The notes under the pieces were generated by a model that made no database searches, was not told the DNA's origin, and saw only the letters and a list, made by a program, of their open reading frames with translations. A DNA stretch of 64,000 bases, taken from contig NW_026854566.1 of NCBI RefSeq assembly GCF_026571515.1, positions 310,001 through 374,000 of the forward strand, given 5' to 3'. Both the position numbers and the translations under genes were made by a program. Source of the DNA: Ruditapes philippinarum (lineage: Eukaryota). Shown in pieces: positions 1 through 13,958 of this stretch. Each line of letters begins with the position of its first letter. Position 1 is the first letter of the stretch.

Positions 1-67
1 CAGGATATAAATCAATTTCGCCGTGACGTCACAACAATATAACGGTATTCTGCCAACGTTGATTTTC

Positions 68-328
68 GAACCCGGGTTCGATTCCCGGACGGCGCAGGTC
101 ACTTTCGTTGTTATTGATCATGAAATCCTTTCTACGGTCATTCGCACTGTACCTCTGCTCTGGCATGTACAGAAGTTTCAGTTCCTTGCGAAAGTGAAGG
201 CAACTAGTACTGGTAAACTGCTTGACAGCCTGCCCAGGAACGATGCGGTGGTTGAACTGTGCTCTGGTAAATTCAGTGTGGCTTACTGCCGTGATCCGGA
301 GTGAAAACTACCAACACCACCACTACTG
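68..328 (+). mobile_element. tRNA-derived SINE, 5'-truncated (mollusc-type central domain)
   Basis: B-box GGGTTCGATTCCC at ~74-86. Core ATTGATCATGAAATCCTTTCTACGGTCATTC...AGTACTGG...CCCAGGAACGATG, partly shared with the SINE at 24383. Ends in a short simple-repeat tail. Confidence 0.6.
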
Positions 329-574
329 TTGAATTTCGTGGGCACGCCGAACGTGGCATATCTTTACATCCGGCGACTCGTTCGTGAATTTCAGAAATTG
401 TCGTACAACTTCCCGTGCGGTTATACAAGCATTTAGCATGCTTATAGCCATAAGACCTCGAGGTAACGTCATTCCTGGAGCACGTTCAATTGAATAATTT
501 CCAAATTTAAAAGTGGTTATGGTATAAGATTGACACTATATTTATTTGGACTTAACTGCGTTCTAGAACAGATT

Positions 575-815
575 TTTTGTTGAGTTTTACGCACCAACAC
601 TGCAAAGGTCACGTGGCGACTCTCCAGCTTAATTTGTGCAAGAAGGCCTCCGGTGTCTCTCCTGGCACGAACGGGCATCTGATAGAACCACCGACGTTTC
701 ATAAGCTAGGTGGATAGTTTCCTCATGACAGAATCCAAAGTCGCCGGTGGAGTTCGACAATACAGCAATGAGAGAGCAAATGGTTTGAAGCCAATGACCT
801 TAACCAATCGGCCAC
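575..815 (-). mobile_element. tRNA-derived SINE (dispersed family, several copies in window)
   Basis: Reverse complement reads GTGGCCGATTGGTTAAGG (A-box-like) ... TTTGGATTC..TGAGGAAACTATCC..GTGGTTCTA..GCTGGAGAGTCGCCA..GTGTTGGTGCGTAAAAC plus an A tail. The same motifs occur at ~11510, ~16300, ~17075, ~33470, ~38005 and ~59350. Confidence 0.65.
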
Positions 816-2699
816 TTTTAGTTCTGATTGAAATGGGTTTTTTCTCTCGATGTTGCGCCAAACATGTTTTATTGTTGCCTTTTTTCCGAAAGATTTTTGC
901 ATTATACATGAATGAGAATTTTTGTAAGTTTTATACAAATATATAAATTGGACGTAAAGATTTTAATATATGGTTTTTGTTGCCAGACACAGCCAGGAAT
1001 AATCACATGAAAAGCAATTATTTAAGAAACGGTATTTTTATAATTGATAAATCATGTTTAAATTATAAACCGCTCACATACGTTATAACTTTTTTCTTCA
1101 AATATTGGTCAATTAATTATCATTAAGTGTAGAAATTTCATTGTATAAATTTATCCTTGACAACTGATCTCAGACCTCGATTCTTATCATTGGTTTCATG
1201 ACAGCTGAAGAAGAGGAAGACAAAACTTAAATGTTTCATCTTTATCTCCCAGTGCCACTGCATATGTGTGCTCAATTATTTTCTTTTTATAAAGTCCATT
1301 AAATTTAACTTAGTCATACAAGTATACAAAATATGTCTTGTGAAGAGTGTACTCTAGTATGTAACACTTTTCACATAATAATACACATGTATGTCAATTA
1401 AACTTCTCATTGTTCTGTCTGTCTGTTTTCAAACACATTAAAATATAAAAACGAAGATACGAAGACAAAAAAAGTATTTATAAATAAATATATTTTTATT
1501 TTAAATTTAGTTTTTTTTTTATAAAAGAAGTAGAAAATCAGTTAATTAAGCATTCTAAGCTTTTTCATTTATCATGCATTTCTTACTGTTCTTTATATAA
1601 TCATAAATATCAAAGGGAGGTAACTGCTAAAATATTTGTTATGTTAAGTTTACGTCAGTTGTTCCCCTTCGTTTGTCACACTACTAATTTTCATTATTTT
1701 TTGTAGAATTTATTGACAGGCATTACCGAATTCAAGTTATAAAATTTCTCTTTTTTTTGTCTTCTGTCCTTATTATAATTAACGTGTTTAGTCTAAGCTT
1801 AGTCAAAGTTTATTTTCGCGATATAATGCTAACAGTAAATTTTCTTGTCAAATGCTTTGACTAGTTAAAAAGTAGCTCAAAATAAACAAATTTTAGGTGA
1901 TTATGAGCAATTTTGTAAAAACGCGACCTTTTCACCATGAAACTATACCTGAATTGAAGAGGGCACGGAAATTAAATGTAAGATCATGCTGGAAAAGAAG
2001 AGGAAAAGCAAGAAAAAAGAAGATTTTTGTTTTTATTTTGAAGGATTTGTAAGTGTTAATGTATGATAGATTCTTTAATTTTAACTATACCTCTCACTAA
2101 AAGACACAATCATGCATAATCTGCATTTCTCACATATCTATTTTTCTTTCCATTGACATCAAAATTAATGACTCGCGATCATAAAAGTATTGCTAATGAG
2201 ATGCAATCAAGGTTTATCCTGATAACAAAAAAAAAAAACTTGCGTTTTTTTACGAAATCTAAAAATGCACTTAAAAACGCTTGTAAAGAAATTCTTAGAA
2301 ATCATAAAAATTTAATGCTATGTGAAATGATTATTGATAGGATACCTCGGCTAAAAAACACATTGCATGTACATGAAACAAACAGAATGAATCGTCTCTC
2401 AAAAGTTTTCAAGAATGTTAATGTATATATATATAATAGATCTCCTAAATAATACTAAGCAATAAATAAGTATATCTGAATTTTAGTCAGACTGGGACAA
2501 TAAAGTGTTTTGTAAATGCATAGCATGAAAACGAATCCTCACTGTATATTACGTCAATAAAACAAATGACGTCAGGAAAATTATTTGTACGCTTAATGTA
2601 GCTGAAACATGTTTTTATTAACTGTTTTTTACAGTTAGCATGTTAGAATGGAAAGAGATATTAAAATTTCTTGCATAGGATAATAATGATTATCGTTCA

Positions 2700-3050
2700 A
2701 ATGTTTTGTAAATAATCACTCAGGCCTTTTGGCCTGTCCAGATACTTATTCCTGCGCATTTGAACTCGAATCGTGCATTAGTCTAGAACAATGCACGTGT
2801 TACGGGTCAATTTATTTGTTATATTAATTGTTCATTTTGCCGTGCACTGTTGGTCAATTAGGCGCGAAAAAGTATACTTAATGTCCGCGCATGCGTCAGT
2901 TGTCGTTTGTCACCGTGGCGTCTGTTATCGTCTGCTATTGACGTACGTGTATTGTATTGTACCAAATAGTTCCGTCAGGTACGCTTAGCGAAAATTCAAG
3001 AAAAACGTGCAAAACAATGCAACTATGTCCGTATCGCGTGCAATTTTGTA
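2700..3050. promoter_or_regulatory. CpG-rich promoter-like patch upstream of par-3
   Basis: Dense CpG compared with the CpG-poor introns. NRF1-like GCGCATGCG at 2887-2895 and a TGACGT motif near 2940. Direction unknown. Confidence 0.3.
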
Positions 3051-3396
3051 ATTTGTTTTTGTATGTCCAATTATGATTTACGTTATATAAAAAATAAAAG
3101 AAGTTTTACATTGGTTTTTAACATTTCCCTTTTTTCCAAATTCCCGCAAACATTTCTTCTCCAAATCAACTTAATTGTCTTTATTCTCTTACAAGTATAA
3201 GTATACTAAGTCTTCTTAATATTACATCAATGCTATCTGTTTATCTAATAATTCTTTTAATAGAAAATATCTTATTATTAAGTTATTAAAACGCCAAGGT
3301 AAAATTATTTTCATTTCATTCATTTACTTTAAATGATTTTTATTTGCAACGCTCTGAAATCGTTGTATTGTTGTATTTATGTATGTTTGATTAACT

Positions 3397-4310
3397 TTTA
3401 TTTCATGCTTTACAGTGTTTTACTATAATATATCAGATGATTATATAGATTTGCATGTAAGATTGAAATATAATTTCACTGAGTGAACACCAGATGCAAT
3501 ATTTTAGTGAAAATATAATAGCTGGTGTTTAACAAAATTCTTTATTTTGCTTTAAATGATTTTAGTATTTTACTGATTGCTAACTCGCATCTCTTGGACG
3601 TCAATACATCATGACGTATATAATTTTGAATAATTTTTAATTTCTCTAATTGCTTACATTAAATGATTTGTGTACATCACTTCTTCTAAAAAATTTACCT
3701 GACGATTTTTCCTGCCGTTATTCATTAGTTATATTCTCTTTTCATCCGCATTCAGATATAGTCCGGCTACAGTGAAAATTATATTTTATAAATTTCACTA
3801 GTGGTTTATCAGAATATAATCATCTGATATATTACAATAAAACACTGGAAAGCATGAAATAAATTCTGATAAACAAATAGTGAAATTTATAAAGTATAAT
3901 TTTCACTGTAGCCGGACTATATATCTGAATGCGGATGAAAAGAATATCATAACTAAATGGAATAACAGGCCAAATTTAATGCCGTCATACCTAAATTTTG
4001 CTTCTTTTAGAAAAGAAAGTGGACGTCATCAACATCATGTTAAAAATGTAACAAAATAAGAGAAAGTTTAACAGAACTATATTTCAAAATTGATGATGTG
4101 GCGTCATGATGTGATGACGTCATAAAGGAGAATGCACGACGTTACGCGGCAAAATCAGTTAAATATATTTAAAATCACTTTAAAAGCATGAAATAAAAAG
4201 AAAATTTATTTGTTTTACATTGAAATACAAGATTGAAATATATTTCATTCGTGAACACCAGCTATGATATTTTCACTCGTGGCTACGCCAATCGTGAAAA
4301 TATTGCATTT
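3397..4310. repeat. Nested inverted repeat / fold-back built from a non-autonomous palindromic element
   Basis: Near-perfect stem ~3738-3815 vs 3863-3942. The degenerate arm ~3490-3737 mirrors ~3943-4310. The loop 3816-3863 is the reverse complement of ~3397-3445. Confidence 0.8.
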
Positions 4311-6063
4311 TCTTCATAATATGATATCATATTCAATCAATTTTACAAACCTACGCCAAAAGTTGTAGCAATTCTACACTGTTACATTGGTGGCCAATTA
4401 ATGTGGTCTAAAAGCCACTGTGTTTGTAACACAGGCAAAGTTGATATCTATTAATTAATCACTTAGCTGAAATTTATTTTCAAAGTTTATTTACAAGATA
4501 AGAACAGGTAAAGATACATAAAATAGCAACTCATCTACATACTGCATGATGTAGCTCAAGATCTAATGGTTTTTATTATAAAAAATATAGCACATGTCTC
4601 TCAAAAAATGAAATAGTGTTCAAATACTTTTTTTTAATATTTAATGAGTTGATCAAAATGAGTAGACCCGATTCAGACATCAAAATATGCCGCACAATCC
4701 GTGGATTATTAACCGTAGCAATTCACAGGTGCTCGTCCAGTTTTGGGAAAAAATTGTGTAGCGATTCTTGCGTCCCGTCAATTTCCTTGCCATTTCCTGT
4801 CTATACTGTACTGTAGTGACCAACGCGTCAAGACTCAAGTAATCAACTGTTAAAAAAAACAATATAAACTTCTGCTTTAAATTGTGTTGGTGCGCCGTAA
4901 AACAAAAATAACAAATTGTGTTTAGTAGAGCACATTTAACTGATTGTTTAAAAGTGGAGTTATTCGAGCCAGAAATACACCTCTTGTTATTTCCAAAACG
5001 AGGCTACCTGTATTCATGCGGAAGTCCTTTGGTATTTCCATTAGTGCGTAAACAAGAGAGTGACCCAGATTGGATGGGAGTTTAAAAAGTTCTGTTCCTA
5101 CGAGATTCATTTTCTTAACGGAGTACACACATATTTCCTATTGTGTTCAAAAAATATGAAATATATTTCATTCGTGAACACCAGCTATGATATTTTCACT
5201 CGTGGCTACGCCAATCGTGAAAATATTGCATTTTCTTCATAATATGATATCATATTCAATCAATTTTACAAACCTACGCCAAAAGTTGTAGTAATTCTAC
5301 ACTGTTACATTGGTGGCCAATTAATGTGGTCTAAAAGCCACTGTGTTTGTAACACAGGCAAAGTTGATATCTATTAATTAATCACTTAGCTGAAATTTAT
5401 TTTCAAAGTTTATTTACAAGATAAGAACAGGTAAAGATACATAAAATAGCAACTCATCTACATACTGCATGATGTAGCTCAAGATCTAATGGTTTTTATT
5501 ATAAAAAATATAGCACATGTCTCTCAAAAAATGAAAAAGTGTTCAAATACTTTTTTTTAATATTTAATGAGTTGATCAAAATGAGTAGACCCGATTCAGA
5601 CATCAAAGTATGCCGCACAATCCGTGGTTTATTAACCGTAGCAATTCACAGGTGCTCGTCCAGTTTTGGAAAAAAATTGTGTAGCGATTCTTGCGTCCCG
5701 TCAATTTCCTTGCCATTTCCTGTTTATAGTGACCAACGCGTCAAGACTCAAGTACAGTAATTAACTGTTAAAAAAAACAATAAACTTCTGCTTTAAATTT
5801 TGTTGGTGCGCCGTAAAACAAAAATAACAAATTGTGTTTAGTAGAGCACATTTAACTGATTGTTTAAAAGTGGAGTTATTCGAGCCAGAAATACACCTCT
5901 TGTTATTTCCAAAACGAGGCTACCTGTATTCATGCGGAAGTCCTTTGGTATTTCCATTAGTGCGTAAACAAGAGAGTGACCCAGATTGGATGGGAGTTTA
6001 AAAAGTTCTGTTCCTACGAGATTCATTTTCTTAACGGAGTACACACATATTTCCTATTGTGTT
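4234..6063 (+). repeat. Tandem duplication of ~0.91 kb (4234-5147 and 5157-6063)
   Basis: Direct alignment shows near-identical copies with a few substitutions and small indels. The ORF track has duplicate ORFs at 4616/5539 and 4922/5838. Confidence 0.95.
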
Positions 6064-6429
6064 TGTTGATTTTATTATACTGAATATTATAACATTCATG
6101 GCTTACTGTGTTTGATTTCGTGTTACTATTCTTTGGGATTATCACCTGTGTACAGTCAGGAAGTATTTGCTGACAAGAGTTACCGTTATTTGTTTATTTT
6201 TTTTCAAAATAGATTTTGTTTTTACATATTATTCAGTTATTTCTGTTCAGTAATTCAATATTGGATAATGTCTAACTTGGCAGAAAAACCCTAGAATATT
6301 TATTTTCAAGCAAACTGGAATCTGGATTAAACAAATAAAATTGTAAAAGTAAAGGAGTAAAAACTAAAAAGGTGGAATAATTTTCAGAACAGCATAAGAA
6401 TCCCTAAGTTTAGTTCACATCTGGAATAA

Positions 6430-6585
<156 letters not shown>

Positions 6586-6930
6586 TGATACAGAATTGAA
6601 TTAACTATATTAGATTTATTTGTTTGGAACTTTGGATTAAAGCTTACAAAATTTAATGTTACCAAATATATTAAATATAAAAAAGTACCAACATTCCATT
6701 AAAATTTCAAAAACATAACATAAAGTACAGGGTCTGCTAGTCCAACAAATTGTGCGCTTTAGGGCTTTTTATTATATAGATAATGGTCACCCTTCGTAAA
6801 AGACAGACATCTTTGTAATATCAGATTGTAAAATCGGTCAGTCAGACCGTCTGGCAGTCTCAATATTGAGACTAAGGGTTAGGGTCTGCCAGTTGTAACC
6901 TAGAACTCCTTAATTCTGCGTGTCTTGTGA

Positions 6931-7051
6931 CGCTTTATTTTGTGGTTCTTGAGCCGCTTTTATTTTGTGGTTCTTGAGCCACTTTATTTTGTGGTTCTTG
7001 AGCCGCTTTTTTTTTGGTGGTTCTTGAGCCGCTTTATTTTGAGGTTCTTGA
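6931..7051 (+). repeat. Minisatellite, ~24-bp unit x5
   Basis: CGCTTTATTTTGTGGTTCTTGAGC repeated head to tail. Confidence 0.9.
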
Positions 7052-10000
7052 TACCTTCTTATACCGAGCTCCGTTTTGCTAGGTCAATGCATTGATTTTG
7101 TTTTGGCACCCAAACTTGCATTGCTTGAGCTTTTAGTGGGACTTTTAATATCTGAATTGCCTGATGGTTTCGATACATCTCTGCAAGATAGGGCTTTATA
7201 GACTAGCCCAATACTCCAACTAATTATAAGTTGCAAATTGAGATATTCTTCTATTTTGTGTTTGGGCAATATCTCCCCTCTACAAAAATATCATGGAATC
7301 TAGCTTTGGCATGTCAAAATATTTTGACTACCGAAGATGAAAAAGCTGAATTCTTGGCTGATCACTGTGTGGAGGGCAGTGGTTACAATTAACTTGTGAA
7401 TAATATTTAGTTTTGTTTATTTAGGACTGGTATCACAATATTCATAATATGTAAGCCTTGTAAGGAGATACATGATGCCTCAATTTGATCATTAACTCAC
7501 CAAGTATTCTTACACTTAACTACTTATGTTATCTAAAATGGAAATTAAAGTCGAAAAAGTACCATATACAGTTATTGTTTCAGAATGGAACTATACTTCT
7601 GAAGTTCTGATAGGATTGGGAAATAAAGTATTGTACTCTAAAGTCCAAATTAATCTCAAAACTCAAAATAAAAAAAGCCCTTAAAGTTACAAATTTAGGA
7701 CATTAAAATTTTCAAGAGTTGTAATAGACTATAGTGCTATGGCACTTTAATAGTGTAATTGTTACTTTTATCAGGGTTTGCTCAGATTGTAAACACAGCT
7801 TAGTAAATATTTGTTTATGTCTGGACATATAAACAGTTATCATTTTATGATAATTTGCTCTAATAAATCCTCATGTTTACCTATAAATTGATGAATGCTG
7901 GACATATTTATACACAAGGAAAGTTTTACAAGGTTGTAAATATAATTTTATAGTATATACAGGCAGGTGATAAGTTGAACTATTATTATCTTTAATAGAA
8001 TTTTAAATGAAAGTTTTGGAAAGTGTCACTATGAGCTTAAGCTATATTACCTGTAGTTATAGTAATTGTATTACACATAGTTTTATTACTAATTTTAATG
8101 TACATATGGCACATGTTGCATACATGTAGAAGAATTATTTTTTATCATACAAAAGAATAAGAAAAGTAATCATTCAGTTACTCTTAGAATTATATACATG
8201 TATAATATAAAATAAACATGTCTGTGACTCATTTGATTAAACTGTAGTTCCGATTACATAAGAATTCATGGAATCTCTATAATTACTTGGAATTAAAAAC
8301 ATATAGTACTTAAAAAATTATATGCTCTGCAAGCAGCAGTTTAAAATCACAATAATTTCTTGGAACCTTAAACACACATAATTATATAAGAAATCTAATG
8401 TTCCGTAGTTCAACTTTAATATTTCAATGTTTACTTCTAATGTACCAGCAAAATGGTTGTAAACTTTATACAATGTAATTTTATGTATACATATTTTTAT
8501 ATACAACAACTGTTTTGATAACAAGCTCTTTAAATGCTATTTGATTGCACAACCAAATAAAATCTAAACTACAATTCATGCAGATTTTTTTCTCAAAAAA
8601 AAATGTTGTTTACAGTCAGTTTTATATTTAAAGTACATCAGGGCTTCCATGAAAAAATAAGTTCCAAAATTTGGGATTCAGAGACCGCAAAATGTTTGAC
8701 ATTCTAAATCACATAATATAGGTAACAAAGGAAAAAGTTTTTATTTATATTTTCAAAGTCACTTGTAAGCCAAAATCAGGTGTAAATGACTCCTAAAGGT
8801 TCACTAATACATCATAAATTTATGAATGTTAAACTTTAAACTTAAATATTATAGTATTGATATTATATAAGTACAAAATATGATATGCAGGCTTGTGACA
8901 GATGTACAGTTAAACTTGTTAAATTTTACACAGATACATTGTATGAAAACGAACAGGAAAATAAAACATTAAAGTTTTGATATATTTATGAGTATTGTAT
9001 CAAAAAATGTGAGAGATTTGATATTAGTTATTAGTTTGTTTATATATTTAGGTTGTGGAAGACGAGCATTCCATGTCAGTGATTTACGTGTCATATTGAC
9101 ATATTTTATTGACAGCCATCTGTTGATATTGGTTTTACGCATTATCAGTTTATTAAAAAAGTTTTATTTTTCTTGTTAAATACAAATGTAGTTGGGCTTT
9201 TGAATAGTTATTTTTTGGGTTATACATGTACTTCAATACATGACTGTAGTAATTTTAAGTATTTTTTTCTCATTGATGAAAGTACAAGTTAATAAGGTAT
9301 AGTTGGTAGGTTAAATGCTTATTTTGGGTTATACTTCAGTAAATGTAGTAATTTTAATAGTTAAATATTTTAATAAGTGTTTTTTTTTCTCTCATTGATG
9401 AGATTGAGAGAACAAGTTAGTTAGTTGTAAGTTGTTTAAATGCTTAATTTGGGTTATATTTCTTCAGTAGTTATTCTAAAAGTAATTATAAGCGGCTCAA
9501 TATGAAACACAGTGAAGCATGTTACAAAAAAATGAAAAATATCTGGAATATTCATCAACTGCAGATTTTGTCAGTTCATATAAAATTGGTTGCTAATATC
9601 ACACAAATGTCAAAATTTTTAAACTTGCATAAATTCGTACATTGTTATATATACATGTAAGTTCTAAATAAATCAGAAATAATTTTAGAAAGATAATATA
9701 TATATATAGTTGCTTTGAGATACTTACCTGAAAATTAGGATATCTATATATACATGTATGACTATACAAATTTTTATCAATATTCAGAGGTCAAAGCAAT
9801 TTACAATCCAATTTAAATTATATTAATAAGTAACTTAATGTTTTATTTAGCTTTACTTTCAATCAGATGAAATGACAAAATTTATTAACTTGATTGATAT
9901 ATGTGGCCAAAAAAAACTACAAAAGTTTTCAAACTGGGTTAATAATTAAAGGAAATTTTATGACATATTATTGTCACCAATTGTGTATAATTTTAGTAGT

Positions 10001-12434
10001 TTATGACTGTCAATAAAACATTGTGTAGGAGTATAATGTTTATATAGTTATGTAGCATTACCACATACCTATGTAATAATGTAGTTGCCTAAATCTTCAT
10101 GTGTCAGAGTTAGCTGCATTATAAAGATTTAATTTGATTACACAACACAAACATTATGAATTCTGACATAGACGATAAGAAAAATGACAAGATTTCATGT
10201 TAAAATTTTTACCCAACCAAGTGATTTGCCGTTGGTGTAAAAATAATTTTAAGTTTTTTTTTCAAAGCTCTTTTTATCATCTTTGTCACATTTGCCATTA
10301 CAATTGTTACAATATACCAATACAGTTTTTTGTAACAGTACATGTATACATGTACATGTAGATCAACTATCATTTAGTTTTGGATATTGTGGGGCTTCTG
10401 TATTTAGAGAGACTGAGTACAGAAGAGTTTTGACTTTGAGACATTCTGACAAACTTTCGTTCATCTTGTGTTGTTGGGCAGACAACCAAAATCAAATGGC
10501 TAAGATTCACTGTCCATTTGAAATTGTTTCCTGCAGTGCGTGAAAAACCGTGTGTGAATGACAATGTCCCATGCAATTTTTGGTGCAAAAAATATAACCA
10601 AAACATTGACCTGCTACAGGTTCAGCCTGAAAGTGCAGACTGGCAGAGAAATTTTGACTTCCTACCAGTGCATTTTATTGATGTTGCCAACAGTATAGAA
10701 CCTAATGTCATGTACATGTAAGCAAGCCAATTTGTCACTACATGTACAAAAAGATTTTTTTCCATTCTGTCACATAATGTCAGTATCACCAAAGCATAAT
10801 GTATTGTTAAATTAATTATTCATTCCAAGTTGAAAACCAGATCACACTGTCTGAATGACAGTGTTAGATCTGAAGTCAATTATTTTCTTGAGAACAGCAA
10901 AAATTTTTGCAAGTTCATTCAATCATAAATTAAATTTATGCTAACTGATTAAACATAAATACATCCCCTTCAGGTGATTTCAAATTAAAGTAATAAAATT
11001 TAGTAACGGTTTGAACACAAATTTCAATGTTTGATGTAAATTTGAATTACGAAAATTTGTGAATTTTATGTACATACATTAACTTTTAAGTTCGAATGAC
11101 AATTGATTTAAGCCATGGGGCAGTAGATTTAAAATCTGATAAATCAATATACACAATTGAACTTTGATGATGACCCCAAAATGTACATGACTCATCACTC
11201 AAACAGTGTAAAGATTTGAATAACATTTCAAGTGGGGAAAATGACCAGGTTTCAGATAATGGTGAAATAATTATAGGATTGCCCATTGTTTAGGGTAATA
11301 GAAATGTTCAATACATTTAACTTTGGCTGAATCATGTTATATTTAAGTTTTGATGTTTGTGATGAAGAAAGATATAAAGTTTACCCAAACCTACTTAAGC
11401 TGTCATAAAAATGTTTTCCAGTTACTCCCAGCCACACCCCCTCATAGAAATTTTGTGTGTACGGTTACCTTGATTAACATATTGTTTACGATTATAATTC
11501 ATGAGTCAGCCACTTGCCCCTCACCATTGTGGGTTTGATTTGCACCAGGGACATTGAATTTCTTTTGTGAGTGGAAACTTTCGTGACTGGAAATTATTTT
11601 GCCTTGGCTTAGGCTTGTAGAATGTGGGTGGTTCCATCCAGGCTACTCATGCTAGAAATAAGTTATAACTCCCAGACATGACATGTTAACAAATAAACAT
11701 AGGACAGAACATATTTAGAAGTTTTAACCTAAAATGATTTTTTTTCCAAAAGTCCATTCAAGATTATTTAGGGTAGAAAGGGTTAAATAAAACCCCTCCA
11801 AGATGAGTCAGCAGTTGTTATCTTTAAGAAGACATGCATGAAGAGCTGGAGGGACCGTAGAACCATCTTCAAAATAACAGCTGTCATGTTTTATTATGAT
11901 AAAAATGATACATTCATATTGAAAGATAACATCTACATCTTCTAGATTGATAAAAAAATGTTGCAAAAGGATGCAATAATTGACACATACAAAGTGATGT
12001 CACAGTATTGGTCAACTTTACAGTACAATATTTTAAAAGACTAACGCTTAGTTTTTAAGAAAGTTGCTATTTGTAGGTTCAGAGCAATTAAAACTTGGTA
12101 CTTTGAATATAAAAAATTCTGGAAAAAAACTTAAATTAATCAGCTGACTGTGACTGTGTATACAAAACTTAGTCTCATTTGTAGTATTACAATTACGCTA
12201 TTAAATAATTAAGGCAGCATCAAAGGCAAACCATCTTATTAATCGCAAGAATATAAAAAAATCGGTTCTGAAGATAATATTATTATCTATATGAATGCAA
12301 GTAAAAAGTGAAATTATCAGGATAAATGTTTAAGTACACTATGTTTTGACCTGCAGTTTCCCCAATAATTTAAAGCTCTATATGTGACGTCCAGATTATT
12401 GCTTGTTTTAATATGCTTTCTCAAGGCTTTAATG

Positions 12435-12504
12435 GCCATTTGCCACCTGAGCTACTTGAGCCATTTGCCACCTGAGCTATTTGAGCTTTTTACCACCTGA
12501 GCCA
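12435..12504 (+). repeat. Minisatellite, 25-bp unit x~3
   Basis: GCCATTTGCCACCTGAGCTACTTGA repeated. Confidence 0.8.
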
Positions 12505-13853
12505 TACATGTGGTACATGTATATTTGGAAATTAATGATGCAGAATTTGTTCATGTACAATGTAGCTTAAAATGAAGCTTTTTTGAGTAAAAAAAAGTTC
12601 ATCAATAAAGTTTTAAAATATATGGCTGTTGAAGAGTTTAACATGATTTCTCAAGGAAATTCTGAAAAAAAAATTTCCAGTCTGAACTCTTTAGTGCAGT
12701 ATTGATGCTAATAAATGTATGCAGTTCTTGTAAAAAAAGTTCTTTCTAAGAGATTGTAAATGGTTCCATGTGCTGTTTTTCTGATTATATTTAATTAAAG
12801 AGCTTACCTGTGTTTAGATAAAGTCTTATCTGTTGATGAAATGTTCTTTTTTCCCCACTGATTTCTTGGTAGTTATACTGGTATAAACTTGAATGGATAC
12901 ATCAGATAGAAGACATATGGTTCGTGTTTTAAAAGATTTTATCAAATTTCTGCAGCTATTTTTATGTAACCAATTAACTATTATAAGAAGCATGGATTTG
13001 ATTTTAAAGTTTAAGTGTTAAAAAAAAATCTTGAATGAAATATAAAATTGTTTATTCCCCTCCCAATTACCTGGTTCCTCATTAACCAGGTAATTTCATT
13101 TTGACATTTTCTTATGTAGATAAAAGCATTATTAACTTATATTCAAACAGTCATTATAATGTTTTGTTTATTTTTTGAATATGAAAAATGCATTAACATA
13201 TATATACATGAACAAATATAGTAAAACTGTAAATTTCCCATGGGTATGATTGTGTCAGCTAGTCAGACATCTTTTACCGGGTTGGTGTTCAAACCAAGTC
13301 AATGAAGTACCGGTATATGCTATGCCTATGGACTCGTGTTGATCTAAACTGAAACATAATCTATCAATATAAATCATGGATATTGTTTGAAGAATAATGA
13401 TTTGCATGTAAAATTTATCTGATATTTGATAATACATGTTATTGTACACATGCAAAAAACATACACATTTATCTGATACTTGCATGATAACATGTAAAAG
13501 GCAAATTTATCTGATATATGACAATAGTTTTTAATTCACATGTAAAAACCAAATTTATCTGATTTATCAAACAATATTCTTGTAAAGAGCATTTTATCTG
13601 ATATATTTTATGATATACACATAAAACAGAATTTATCTAATAATTAGTGAAGTGCTACATGTATAATAATGTTTTTATTTAATAAACTTATTCATAACAT
13701 TTTGCAGGGTGTTTCTGAAGCAATTTGAAGCATTTTGCATACAGTGCAACTTTTAGATGGAAGCACTCTATTCTACAATTCATTGTTATACATGTAGATG
13801 GAGGCTTACTTAATGATGTCAAATAATCATTCTTTTTGTTTTGTTTATTACAG

Positions 13854-13958
13854 TCGACAGATTATTGGGTCAGCGTACACACTGTAAGGACCGTCAATGA
13901 AGACTCGATCCTTGATCCTGATGATACACTGTGTGATGTGGTCGATGATAGGGAACAG
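13854..13958 (+). CDS. PARD3: Par-3 coding exon 2 (CR1)
   Basis: STDYWVSVHTVRTVNEDSILDPDDTLCDVVDDREQ, with the conserved ILDPDD..DV.DD motif. Acceptor TTACAG, donor CAG|GTATTA, phase 0-0. Confidence 0.95.

Noticed and set aside
1138-1208. Possible minus-strand terminal exon after a strong pyrimidine tract plus CAG
   Set aside because: The peptide is short and unrecognisable, and I found no partner exons.
4616-6044. Duplicated short ORFs (4616/5539 on +, 4922/5838 on -) as small genes
   Set aside because: Non-ATG starts and no recognisable domain. The duplication is explained by the DNA-level tandem repeat.
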